From: Seison nebaliae
Lineage: Eukaryota
NCBI GenBank assembly: GCA_023231475.1
Contig: JALJEE010000638.1
Span: 1 to 40,553, forward strand
DNA: 40,553 nucleotides
Reading direction: 5' to 3'
Shown here in pieces: positions 25,736 to 38,581 of the stretch. The notes beneath the pieces are model-generated. The model worked only from the letters and a program-made list of their open reading frames with translations, was not told the origin of the DNA and searched no databases. The position numbers were made by a program, and so were the translations under genes. The stretch's first letter is position 1. Each line of letters starts with the position of its first letter.

Positions 25736-27250
25736 ATTTCCACTATTGATGAATAGTTGCGTCCAAACCGAAATATAATAAATTTGATATGAATATCAAT
25801 CATATAATATGTTTTCCACTGATACGTAGTGTAATTGTGCTCAAATATAGAAATCTATATATTTGTTATTTATCGTAAAACGGTAATCTACTTGACGAAA
25901 ACGATTGTTAGATCAGCAATGCCTTCATAACAAATTTCTATTTATTCACTGGAACCTTTTCAAGGATAATGTCCATGAACGAAATTCAACTCACAGAGTC
26001 CATGAGAGGAAGCCTATTTGAAAATTTATTATTATTTTCCGTCTGATTATTTTCTCTGTTATTGTTCTGCCTTCCCGTCCGTCCAGTGATTGGACTGCAC
26101 TCTGTACACTGCGTATTATCCGAATACGGCTTATTCCCAATTGCAAATGTAAACTAGTTCTTCTTTATTAACTTCTCTAATGAATTAACGGGCTCCATTT
26201 CCGGTGAATAATCAACACTCAACTGTACTACTAGAAGATGGAACTGTCAAATTTGATTCCCGCCCATTCTTTTATACATTTATCATTTCTCAAGAGATTC
26301 TCATTTAATTTTTATTCAAAAAAAAAACAAATTTCAAGTGTGTATTTGACCATGCTTTGACTGCTCTTAATATGACTGACTAAAAGAGAAAAATTAGATT
26401 TCCTTCAAAAACATCGATACATAATTGACATTGAGAGACGGACAACAATTTAGACGATACAAATCCAAATTCACTCGGAGAAAGAACTCAAAAGAATTTT
26501 TCAGTTAAATTCCTTCCAAAACTTTAAATATAATAAATGTTCTCCTCTTTAAAAAAAAGAGTATTTAAATATTATTATATGAAGACTATTCTTAAATTGT
26601 ACAAATATATCCTTAATAAATTTTAGTTATTTAATGAGGAAAAATATTCAAATATTTATGAACAACAATAATAACGAGAAGTGGATTGCATAATAATCAT
26701 TTTGTTTGATTAGTGTTGTACTTGTTGTTGTTGTTTTAATATGGTTTCTTGATATTTCCAATTATAAACTAGAGAATGTTCAAGAATAAAAGTGATTATA
26801 ATTATTAGTTTCTTAAATGTTTGAATGAGAGTGAACTGGATTTAGAAGTAAAACGAAACAAGATTTGTCATTCGAATATTTATATACAGTTCACTCGCTA
26901 AAGTAGAAGTAGAAGAAAAAGAAAATTTTTTGGTTCATATAATTTCTTTCTGTTCAAAAGTTTGTCGTTTGAAACTAAAACAAAATTTAAGAAATTCTAT
27001 TTGGTGAATTTGTCGAAATGAAATTAGGAGAATTATCGGAACTTATTCATTTAATCATCAGCCGAAAGTTAGAACACTTAATAATTTCCTAATCTGATTA
27101 TATGGAGTTTTGGAGAGAGAATTAAATAAAATATTAATAATAATATTCTTTCTTTTTTGAGAATGACGTAAAACCAAACAAAAAACGGGAATATTCAACT
27201 TTCATTGTGTTGTAGATTATCGGATTAGAGTTTAATGATCTTCATCTAAC

Positions 27251-28117
27251 ATGGTAGTGAATCGACTTAACACATCTTCATTTACCAACAACAATCACAA
27301 AATGATGTTATCGAGACGAGTCAACAATACGACTAGTGGGGTGGTTAAGCCAAGATCTGACTCGAGCAATATTCGATTATTGAAAAATTGCCGATTCTTC
27401 GGTTTCGAACTACATCCCTTAAATTATCTCAATTTTCGAACCGATGACGGAAATTGTCTATTTTATGCGGTCGCCTTTTGGATTGTTCGATTGGGGAAAA
27501 GTCAAGAAAGAATAAAAGAACATTTTGTTCGTTTATTTAATCAACATTTCAGTCAAGATTATACTTTTGATCAAACATTCTTCTGCAACAACTGTCTATC
27601 TTCACAACTCATCCAATTGAATCATATGTTACGGCAACTTTGTGTGAATGAATGGGAAAAGAATCAATCTGTATATATTCCTTATTTCTCTACAACACAA
27701 GAAAAAACTGAAGAGAAAAGAATAAGCTTATTCAACAAAGAAATTCATAAATTCCTCCACAACACACACTACAACTCCCAATTTGGTGATTTGGTTCCTC
27801 ATACAATTTGCAACATTTTCGGAATTAACATTCTCATTTTTACTTCTAACAAAGTTCGTCCTCTACAATTCCTTCAACCATCAACTGCAGCCAGTTCCAA
27901 CATGACCATTTGTCTCGGATATAACCAACAACATACCGGTCATTACGATGTGGTTCTCCCATTGGACAATGTCAGTGTAAACGGAACTGAACCGATTAAA
28001 GGAATGCATCTCACGAATAATCTGAATCATATGAATGTGGACGAGCAATTGAGAAATTATAAAATGTATAAAGAGAATCATTCGAAATCAAAAGTTTATC
28101 GTCCTGTCCATAATTGA
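27251..28117 (+). CDS. OTU-like cysteine protease (deubiquitinase family), single exon
   Basis: DDGNCLFYAVA (Cys codon 27455), FGDLVP..ICNIFGINILIF, LGYNQQHTGHYDVV (His codon 27941). Confidence 0.82.
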   Translation: MVVNRLNTSSFTNNNHKMMLSRRVNNTTSGVVKPRSDSSNIRLLKNCRFFGFELHPLNYLNFRTDDGNCLFYAVAFWIVRLGKSQERIKEHFVRLFNQHFSQDYTFDQTFFCNNCLSSQLIQLNHMLRQLCVNEWEKNQSVYIPYFSTTQEKTEEKRISLFNKEIHKFLHNTHYNSQFGDLVPHTICNIFGINILIFTSNKVRPLQFLQPSTAASSNMTICLGYNQQHTGHYDVVLPLDNVSVNGTEPIKGMHLTNNLNHMNVDEQLRNYKMYKENHSKSKVYRPVHN

Positions 28118-28289
28118 GTTTAGATATTTTTCAGTCAAAATTAAATTTTTTACCCCAAATTTTATTCTAATTTTTTTCCCTCCTAAATATATGTGAAAAG
28201 TAAACAAATCTTTTATTATATTATCTATATCCAATTAACTAGTTCTCGTAGAATTAGATGTCCTAAACAAACATCGTTTTCGAGTTCCA

Positions 28290-29512
28290 TCAAACAAATA
28301 AGAAGAAAGGATGCTGATTATCTTGTGACATCGTTCGAGATGTTAACAATCCAATAATTCTCGATCGATTCAAATTATGATTTGGTGTTCGTTTTAAGAG
28401 ACGAGGCGGACGATCTTCGATTAGATCAAGTTTCAATTCACCTACATCATGAATGGCATGAGAGAGTATGTGTGCTAAGTCATGGAAAATATCGCAATAT
28501 AATTGATCTCTGACTGATCTTGTCCAAAGTTTGCCTTGTGTCGTGGAAACATTACCGATTGAATCGGGATGTGATGAACTATTTACATTGGCATTTATTG
28601 GATTTTTAATTTCATCATTTTTCGAATAATCTTCATCTGCCATAATAATATCTTGATAATGTGCCAGATATGGTCGCATCTTCTCACGTAAATTCACCAA
28701 CTTCCTCATATATTCTCCGTGTTTAGCACATGTGGCATTATTGAACATTAATCGACGTTCCTTCTCCTTAATATCCAAATGACTGATTAGATCTTCAACA
28801 TTATTATTTATATTCGGTGTGGGCATATTCGGATTGGGCCAGATTTCCGCTCGAATGTCTTCCGCTTTCTCCAATTTCGTCAACAGATCCATCAACTGAT
28901 TCATGGTGGTGAGACGTTGTTCGATCTGTTTGTAACATTCATCTATATAAGTCGCATCCCAGAAAAATATCTCATTCATAATTACACTTGTCACCAGTTG
29001 CTATGGAAACAAGAATGAGAAGATATTCGAATTTGAATATATTTAGAATATTTGAAATTTAACTATTTGTTCGGATGATGCAGCTGTCTGAGTCGTAAGA
29101 ATATTCGATACTCCTTCAAGCATTGTCTAAGAAATTTATAATAATTTTTTCAACTAATTCAATAATAATTTTCAACTTCTTTTTCTGGTTTCTCCCAATT
29201 TTGTAAAACAAATTCAGCTAATTCAAAATTTACTTGGATGGGTATATCGGGATAAGTTACACTATGATCTACTAATTCCTCTGAACGTAATAAATATACA
29301 ACTTCACCATCTATATCTAGTTTTAGAAGACGAGTTTTTAGTTTACTTAAATATTTTAAGGTGAACTATAGTCTCCTACTTTTTTATTATCCTCCAACTT
29401 ATTACTACGATAGAACAAATTCATTCCGAATACGGGAATTGCCTAATCGAAATTTAGTAACAATTTATGGTTAAGTTATATATTCAAAGATAACCATTGT
29501 ATTGGAAATCAT
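28290..29512 (-). CDS. Hypothetical protein (orphan, helical/coiled-coil-like segments)
   Basis: The 234-aa terminal ORF extends upstream through four frame-preserving GTT..AG introns to an ATG at 29512 (MISNTM|AIPVFGMNLFYRS..|..IDGEVVYLLRSEEL..|TMLEGVSNIL..|QLVTSVIMNE). No family recognised. Confidence 0.65.
28997..29010. promoter_or_regulatory. X-box-like motif GTTGCTATGGAAAC overlapping an intron acceptor
   Basis: Strong RFX consensus match that coincides with the ..GTTTCCATAG|CAAC splice junction of the orphan gene. Confidence 0.4.
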
Positions 29513-31351
29513 TTGTTTGAATTCTGCAACAGTTAACTACAAAAAGTTGAAAATAAGTAAATCAAATGATAAAATCAGAAATCGAAGGAACGTTTTTATC
29601 TAAATCAACGAATCTGCGAGATTCATCATGAAACGATTGAATGAATACAGACAACGACATCAACAAATAAAACCAAGAAAAAAACAAAATAAAAACGAAT
29701 TGAATTTAAGTCAACACATGACTTGATATACTTCAATTATCTGACTGATCGTTGGGTTAACTGTGATCTTAACCCTAACTAATCCTTCTTCCTTACCTCT
29801 CATCATCGAAGTTTAGTCATCTATCAATATTCTTAGAATTATGACATTAAAAGAATTAGAAAAATCGTTCGATTTATTATTCTACTCACTTTTATATTTT
29901 GATTATAATCAATTTTATTTAAAGATGAGTAATAACAGTATTATGATTTCACGATGATATAATGCAGTAGTTTTTTATTCCTTTGTATATTTTTAAAGAA
30001 TTTCGAAAGATCGAGAACGAAAACCTAATAAAATTTCCAAAAACTCAATTTTCCGAGAAATTGGTGAATTAAGAAATGTGTTCCTTTGAATGTTTATCTA
30101 ATCTAATTCCTACTTCTACGCAATGTGAAGACTTCTCATCGCCTGTCGTTTTTTGCAGTTCTGCCATAACTAAACCATGTGGTGGTTTTGGAATCATGTG
30201 GAATTATAGTTTTAGACAATAATAAAATTTGATAAAAAGAAAACCATAAAACGGTAGGAAGTTATATGGACATGTTGTACCTTAAAGAAACTTCAGAAAA
30301 GAACCTTTAAAGTAAGAAATTTTCCTAAAGAACTTCTATGAATAAGAAAGAACTTCCCAATTGAACAACAACTACAAAGTCTAAAGTTATTATCAAATAA
30401 TTCATAAAATGTAAACGGCGACAATTAAAAGATTTATATTCTCCTGTCCAATGTGTGTGGTTGGTTAAATCGTCATTTGATTAGAACAATCGTCGAATAG
30501 TGTACGAGTATTAATTAATTTTATGTCCGGTAGTAAAACTTTAGGAGATGTTTCTTCCAGTAGTTACACATTGTGTGACGCTAAAGTTCAGGAGACACGT
30601 TGATAATTAACATATATAACGGATCGAAATGTTGAAGAGTTACATATGTAAGAAAGATGAGTTAGAATGAATAAAATGATTAATTTTATTTTTTATGATA
30701 GAATCACAATCGAAATGATTCGAAACAAAATAAAAGAATTAAGCGTTTTCTTAAGAATCATCGTGTACCGTCCATCAATTATTTCTCCTCATTTATACCT
30801 GTTCTTTCTTCTTCTATGTGATATCTCTTTTCTTCTTCATTTGACTAACGCGATTTATTCAAGTGTAAAAATCATTCTCCAACTCCAAGAAACCAAAATA
30901 GTTAACTAGTTAAAAACTAATTATAACATTCTGATATATTGGTTGAAATACTTTTCCTAAAAATAAGAAAGTAATATGGTGAAAATATTTTCATAGGAGA
31001 TAATGCATGTTCAACTTCATTCAATTAATTTAATTTCAATATAATCATTTTAACAGTTAGTTGACATTTATGAAGAACAATACGTTCAAGGCCGATTAGA
31101 ATGAATATTTTTCTAATTACGGAGAGTTGGACATAAAATTTCATTCTATTTAAATAATATGTTACTAGAATAATTCTCGAATTTATGATTTCTCCACTAA
31201 CAGAAGAAGATTACTTTCGATATTCGTATTTTAATTGAGACAATTTCCTTTTTCAAAAATAAATTTCATTAAAAAATATATGTTGTAAATTAATGGAAAT
31301 TTATATTGATAGAATTCAAAATTTTTTTATATTGACGGTTTCTAATTCCTA

Positions 31352-33207
31352 ATGGAATTAGAAGGGAAGATAAACAAAGGATATCAGAATGATGATCTTA
31401 CGGCCGATGATGAGAAAGAGAAGGTTGAACGAGCGGCGGTTGAAGGAACAAAAGTAGATTTACAGAAATCCATCGGATTATTCAGTGGGACATGTATCAT
31501 TGTGGGATTGATGATAGGTTAATAATTTATCTAAAAATTTTTCGTTGAAAAACGGTTAGATTTCAGGTTCCGGTATCTTCGTTTCTCCAACGGGAATTGT
31601 GAAACATGCACAATCTGTTGGACTGTCAATTGTGATGTGGTTGGTCTGTGGATTGATTTCTTTGTTGGGTTGACTATTTGAATTTCACAATAATTTCATC
31701 ATCTTCTGTAACAGGTGCGCTATGTTATGCGGAATTAGGAACACAAATTCAGGAGAGTGGTTGCGAATATACATATCTTCATTATGCATTTGTTAACGAG
31801 AATCAAAGTAGTAAGAAAGCGAAATTAAGTTATAAGAATTATTTAAATTAAATACTCATAATTTCTGTTCTGATAAATTTGTATTAGGTTCAATTCCTGC
31901 ATTCTTATTTCATTGGGTGGCCATGTTTATATTGAAAACGTCAAGTGCCGCTATCATCTCTTTGGCATTCGGGAAATATTTCCTTACGATGTTTAAGGAT
32001 TCAAGTAAATATGAAGAGTTTCATCTAGATAAATTATTGGCGATACTTTTGATGAGTTTATAAAAGAATTTTATTCAACTTTCACTTTAATCCAGTTCTT
32101 CTGACAATCGTCAATAGTGTCAGTGTGAAGATAGCGACGTACGTGCAAAATGTGACAACAATTATAAAAATTGTAGCGGTCGCTATAATAATTATTACTG
32201 GTTTTGTATTGTTAGGTCAAGGAAAAACAGAAATTTTACAAACTGGTTTCACTAATTCAACTTCGAACGGTTGGAAATTGTCTTTGGCATTGTACAACGG
32301 AATGTGGGCTTATGATGGATGGAACAATTTGAATTTTGTAACTGGAGAAATTATTAATCCGGAAAGAAATCTTCCATTAGCCATTTTCATCGCTATTCCT
32401 CTAGTAACGATCGTGTATGTTCTGATCAGTATTTCTTATTTCACTCTATTGACACCAATGGAAATAATGAGTTCAAACACTGCGGCTGCCGATTGGGCTG
32501 CGAACATTTTCACATCCAAATTCAGTTGGGTTATGCCACTTTTCATCTGCGTTTCTACAATGGGCGCATGTAACGGAAGCATGTTTAGTGCCGCCAGGTT
32601 TCCAATTTCGCTAAACAGTTGAAATTATTATATAAAAAACTTTCATTTAAGATTACCATATGCTGGGGCAAAAAATGGCCATATGATCAGTCTGTTGGGA
32701 ATGGTCCATATTAAATGGTTAACACCATTGCCCGCGGTAATATTTCAGGTTATTATTTCAATGAGTTTTTTGAAGCCACTTAAATTATACGTAGTCAACA
32801 ATCAGTTGTATAATGGTAATTCCAAGTAATTTGAGTGATATGATCGATTTCTTCAATTTTTGCGCATGGATGTTTTATGGTTTAACTTTCTTCAGTATCA
32901 TATGGATGAGGTACACTAAACCAGATGATATTCGTCCGTTTAAAGTTCCAATTTTAAGTTTATCATTAAACTTATTTGTTAGGTCCCAATCATTCTACCA
33001 ATAATCGGTGTTATGATCAGTGTTTATCTGATTATTGCTCCAATTGTTTATGAACCGAAAATTGGATATTTGGTGGCTTTTATTATTATGATCAGTGGAC
33101 TACTCTTGTATGTTCCATTCGTCCTATATGAAATGAGAATGCCATATATGGATAAGATTACATATGTTCTTCAAATCTTCCTCAATGTTTCAGCACCAAC
33201 ATCATAA
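31352..33207 (+). CDS. SLC7 L-type/b(0,+)-like amino acid transporter, paralog 1
   Basis: Eight exons and seven GTT..AG introns. [71 protein letters not shown]. Closest in motif pattern to SLC7A9. Confidence 0.92.
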
Positions 33208-33693
33208 AATCAACGCACAATTATTTTGATAAGGAAATCCAGTTTATTTTAATCAAAATTCTTCTGTACTATAAAATTTACTACCGAATATTTATAATTA
33301 TTTTGATAATTCTTTCTTCAACAGAAATCAACCGAAATAAATTTATTCATCTTTTTTATCTTCTCAAATGACATTTATTAAATTCACGCACCCACACAAC
33401 ACCCACATTAAAATTGAGAAGAATAAACATTTTAATGTAAAAAATTGGTAAAAGTTACACTAATAGATTGATCAATCTATGAATTCCTAGAACGATGATT
33501 AATTACAGCTGAATAATAACATACTATATCATGTCTATCAACCGAAATCTATAATTTTACAAATACGTAATCAACAGACTTACTTCCCTTTTGGGTGCCA
33601 AATGTTATTTTGAATAATTATTCAAAATTATGACTGAATTGATGCATATCTAATAAATTTAGAACATTTACAAAGTGTGAAAGTGCAATTTGG

Positions 33694-35511
33694 ATGGAAA
33701 AGATTGAAAATAAGTTAGAAGGAGAAAAAATTCTTCAAAAGGATTTAGTTAATTATGGTACTTCAACAGAACCGGTCGAATTGGAGAGGAGTATTGGATT
33801 ACTATCAGCGATCAGTATTGTCTTGGGAATTATCGTAGGTTTAATAATTCATTCAGCGATATAATTAAATGATGTTAAGGTACCGGAATATTCATTCAAC
33901 CAGCAGGTGTTGTACAATATTCGGGTTCTGTTGGTGAGTCATTAATAATATGGTTTCTATGTGGCATATTCTCCCTTGTCGGTTTAATATCTTTTGATAT
34001 ATAAATTGAATAATAGATAGTACCTGTTTTAGGTGCTCTTTGTTATGTTGAATTGGGAACGCAGATAAATGAAAGTGGATCCGAATATATTTATTTACAT
34101 CATGCATTCGTTGAAGGGGACCAGTCGGTAACTCAAAACAAATGGGGTTAGTTCGATTAGATATATGAGAGATTTGTAAAATAAGAGATTAGCCCGATTT
34201 CCCGCATTCCTCTATCAATGGGTTGCTATTCTCATAGCCAAACCGTCTTTTGTTGGTGTTGTTGCTATGGTGTTTGGAGAATATTTCATACAACTATTCA
34301 CTACTCGAAAGATGATTTGGATAACAAAATTAATTGCAATAATTTTAATATGTTAATAATATTAATGAATAATTTAATGATAGAATATTCTGGTGTAGCT
34401 CTTCTCACTCTCATTAATAGTGTAAGTATGAAATTAGTTGAACATTTTCAGAATATCACAACAATTATAAAAATGTTTGCCGTTCTTACTGTTATTATTG
34501 GTGGTGGTGTACTAATAATAAAAGGTCACACTGAAATTCTCCAAAGTGGATTTACCAATTCCACCATGGACGGTTTGCAACTTTCTGTGGCACTATCAAA
34601 TGGTTTGTGGGCGTATGATGGTTGGAATAATCTAAATATGATAGTAGGTGAATTAAAAGAGCCACAACGTACTTTACCTATCGCCCTAATCATTGGTTTG
34701 CCCATAGTGATACTGATCTTCATGTTAATGAATGTTTCATATTTCACTTTGTTTACACCGTCGGAAATAATGAAGTTAGATATCATTGGAGTGGCATGGG
34801 CTAATAAAATATTGGGTGAAAAGATGGGATGGTTGATGCCTCTATTCATCTGCATTTCAGCAATCGGTTCATGTAACGCAACTATTTTGGGAAATTCCAG
34901 GTTTCTACTTTTTTTTCAATTGAATGAACAGAATATAAATCATAATTTGTAGAATTGTATATATCAGTGCCACAAAAGGCGACATGATAAGTCTATTTGG
35001 AATGATCCATGTCAAATTCCGTACACCATTACCAGCAATCATTCTCCAGGTTAATATCGAAATATCTTCTCACATAACTGATTGTCATTTCCAGAGTTCC
35101 ATTACCGTTCTTATGATACTGCTAACTGATTTAAATGATATGATTCAATTAGCTATGTTTACAATGTGGATATTTTATGGATTAACTTTCTTCTGTATCA
35201 TATGGATGCGTTGGACGAAACCAGAAGAAACACGACCTTTTAAAGTTTGTAGTTTATTTTGAATTAGTTCAATTTTCGATTTACAGATACCTCTCATTCT
35301 TCCAATAATTGCGGTCTTCTTCAGTATTTTTATAGTTGGGGGACCTCTAATTTACAATCCCAACGTCAGTCATTTAATCAGCATATTGATCATGTTGAGT
35401 AGTCTCACAGCATTTATTCCATTCATCATTTGGGAAAAACGAATTTCTTGTTTCGAAAAAGTGACAAATATCTTAAAAAATTTATTCCAATTGGAGTTTC
35501 CACATAGTTAA
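33694..35511 (+). CDS. SLC7 L-type/b(0,+)-like amino acid transporter, paralog 2 (more divergent)
   Basis: Same seven intron positions as paralog 1. [48 protein letters not shown]; ends QLEFPHS*. Confidence 0.9.
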
Positions 35512-35768
35512 CTTAAATGTATTTCTGTTCTATTAAAAATGATTCATCAAATAATATGGTTCTAATTAATTTAAACTTTAGTTTAAATTAAAGTTAAAAT
35601 TATTTTCAATGGTAACCATTACAAAACGTACAAAATAGTTAAATATTCAATTCAATTCTAACTAATTTGAAATTTTTATTAAAATAATTGAACAAATTTT
35701 TTTTCTCTTTGAACATAATTTTTATTTCTATAATTTTTATAATCATAAATTAAAATAGATTATTCATT

Positions 35769-37307
35769 TCAAGAAATCAAACTATCATCCTTATACATTA
35801 TCTGGTTGTTGATCTTTCCTAAAATTTTACGTGTTTCAATTACTTTATTCTTTTCGTTGAGAACAACTGTATAAAGTTTTCGATATGAAAAATATGAAAA
35901 ATATAATTTTAAATCTTCCACCGCAAAAACGAAATCATTATCTAATATATACCATGCATCTCCAATTAAATTCTTCACTAAAGCGTACGAATGTCCATAA
36001 GAATTGCAAATTTCGTGCACACTCGATAGAAGATCAGATGTTAGATCATTGATCAATTCCATCATAGCGTCCTTCTTCAACTTATTTAATCGTCTGATTT
36101 TTATTTCTAACATAAAATATTTAATGAAACTATTAACATAGCCATTTTTAACGTCATCGTCAATTTGATATGGTCTCTTTTGTGTACTAAAACCGGCAGC
36201 AGCTGGTGATAATCCGATTCCCGATATTTCGTAGAGAATTTCAGGAAATTGTGGTAATCTAACAGCTGAATCAATATCGATATTTGGATGCATTGTAATA
36301 GATTTAGCTAGAATTTGGAATTTTGGTCGATTTATTGGCGGAACATAACTATCAAAATCCATTTTTATATCGAACAAATTCGAATTGATAAATGTTCGCA
36401 AATTCGCTACATCCGAATTATGAATTCCCATTTCTAAATAATTCGTGTAGACTTCATAGAATTGCATTACAATAATCGATGGTGTTATTGTCAAATTGAT
36501 TAGTGTAGATTTGAAATCAGATAAATCAGAAATGTTCTCTATATATGTGACGGGAGATAGATCATCGAGAAATTGGTAAGTGAAAGAAATATAAGCGAGA
36601 TCGAACAATTCTGAATAAGAATCGAAGTCATTCTCATTCATAGGGATCGTTCTGCTACATCTTTCACTTCTATTACAAATGAAATCAGTTTGATCGATAA
36701 TTTTATGGAAAAACTGGTGAATAATATTATTTTCATTAGTTGATGCTGCCATTATGGAATTCCACGAATTGAATTTCGTAATATTTGTTTTATGCGGAAT
36801 TGGAAGTGGATCTTCTATTTTTTCATTAAATCTTAACGAAGTCTCTAATAAATGTGGATTAGCATGTGTTATACTTCTCAAATTATGAAAAGAATATGCG
36901 CCTTCTGGTTTCGTACAATTCTCATAATGATCATGAATAAGACTCGTTGATTGGAGCATTGAATGTACCAGGAAATATCCTTCGTTATATTTAGAGACGA
37001 GTGAACTGACATCAATAATCGAACCATTCTTCACAACAATCTCATCGACCGCCTGATGGATTGCTGAAAGACGTTTACAAAAATTTTCATCGATCTTCAC
37101 CTTCTCATACAAAATGTTCATGATCAATGGAGATGATTGCAACAGAAATTGTCCAACTAAACTCAAACAGATATTATCTTTATTAAGTCCCCCATTTGGT
37201 ACGTAGAATCTATTTTGGGATTTTGCAAATTTCATTTTAAAATATAAACTGTTCCCACAATCCATATAATCACTATGACTAATTATGTTAAACAAAGTAA
37301 GATTCAT
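35769..37307 (-). CDS. Single-exon 512-aa protein, possibly a highly divergent ubiquitin-specific protease (peptidase C19)
   Basis: Long clean ORF. N-terminal PNGGLNKDNICLSLVGQFLL resembles a USP Cys box, and C-terminal SYGHSYALVKN..AWYILDNDFV resembles the His/Asp box. The CDS call is confident; the family call is tentative. Confidence 0.6.
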   Translation of the reverse strand: MNLTLFNIISHSDYMDCGNSLYFKMKFAKSQNRFYVPNGGLNKDNICLSLVGQFLLQSSPLIMNILYEKVKIDENFCKRLSAIHQAVDEIVVKNGSIIDVSSLVSKYNEGYFLVHSMLQSTSLIHDHYENCTKPEGAYSFHNLRSITHANPHLLETSLRFNEKIEDPLPIPHKTNITKFNSWNSIMAASTNENNIIHQFFHKIIDQTDFICNRSERCSRTIPMNENDFDSYSELFDLAYISFTYQFLDDLSPVTYIENISDLSDFKSTLINLTITPSIIVMQFYEVYTNYLEMGIHNSDVANLRTFINSNLFDIKMDFDSYVPPINRPKFQILAKSITMHPNIDIDSAVRLPQFPEILYEISGIGLSPAAAGFSTQKRPYQIDDDVKNGYVNSFIKYFMLEIKIRRLNKLKKDAMMELINDLTSDLLSSVHEICNSYGHSYALVKNLIGDAWYILDNDFVFAVEDLKLYFSYFSYRKLYTVVLNEKNKVIETRKILGKINNQIMYKDDSLIS

Positions 37308-37612
37308 GACTTACTTTTTTCTACAACAATAAACCAACAAATTTTTTCCTAAAATTTTGATTTACCAAACAAAGAAACAGTAAACAAATTGAAAAAAAAC
37401 CGAAATAATATAGTTCTTTTATTTTATCTAATGGAAGAGAACTAAATACATATCAGAATTGAACAAACTCCACAACTCTCATTTTAAATGAAATATTTGA
37501 ATATTTCTTTTCGAGAAAAGATCTCAATTTCAAATAGAAAAAACTTTCCTGTAATAGTTTTTGGAAAAATTTCGAATAATCAATAATTTATTTTTCTGAT
37601 AGATATAATTTC

Positions 37613-38581
37613 TTATAAAGTTCTTTGAATTTCCTGTTTGACCCTTCGAATCATTTTTGGATTATTGTCATCGCCCAAATTAGTGACAACACTCACTTCA
37701 CATCTGAAGGAAACATATCCGTCAGCGAATTTAAAACCGTCAAATTTCATTTGAATCTCATTTTTATTAAAACCATCATCTTTCTCAAAATTTATAACGC
37801 CCCCAAACTCTCTAAATTGGAATAAAATTTGAAATTTTCAAAGAAATTCAACTTCAGATTTTTAAAATCTTCATCGCTTTCATACGTATCCGGTGCGGCC
37901 AAACATTCTGCTTCACATTTTAACTTCTCACATGTATCTGAATGAAAATTAATTGAAATTTCACAACTGTAAAGGACAAACCTCCTAATAAAATTTGTTC
38001 AACATTTAAAGTGATGACCATTCGATCACCAACGAGAATTTTATTCGCCACTTCCTCTCCACCTTCTTTTTTTATAGTCATATCGATCTGAAAAACAACT
38101 TTGTCCTCTTTGTTGATGAAACTTTCGTCGTTAATTCTACAGAAGAAATAAATTTAGTAGATTTTTTTGTTAAATGATTTTCTACCTGACATTTTCCGTC
38201 TTCTCAATTTCACCAAAACCATCCTTACACATGATTTTGAAGGATAAATTTTTCGATTGGATTTCATGATAGAAGTAAATATAAGCCACTTTCGTAGTAC
38301 CCTTTGAAGCAGCATCAACACATTTTTCTTCGGGCACTATTACCTCACCTTCTACTACTATTCCTTGACTGCATGACGTGGCTTCAGCGTCACCTGGTGT
38401 AAAATGATAATTGTATCCTTTTAGATCATCACTGGGAACAATTTTCATTTCCTGGTCACATATTACAGAAACATTCTTCGTTTTCTTCTCAGCTGACAAT
38501 CGATATTTAATAAGAACAAAATAAAAAAGAACCGTTAACAAAAAAAACTATAAGAATAAAAAGGAAGATTAATCTTGCCAT
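37613..38581 (-). CDS. Secreted ZP (zona pellucida)-domain-like protein, paralog A
   Basis: Five exons. Signal peptide MARLIFLFILIVFFVNA; four-Cys N-terminal module (VICDQ, TSCSQ, EKCVD, IMCKD); ILVGDRMVITL; FDGFKFADGYVSFRCEV; basic MIRRVKQ near the end; no TM helix. Confidence 0.7.

Noticed and set aside
25760..26270. Slightly GC-richer stretch upstream of GMPR, considered as an snRNA or other ncRNA
   Set aside because: No U1, U2, U5, U6, SL RNA or tRNA signature was recognisable by eye, and I found no convincing gene model.
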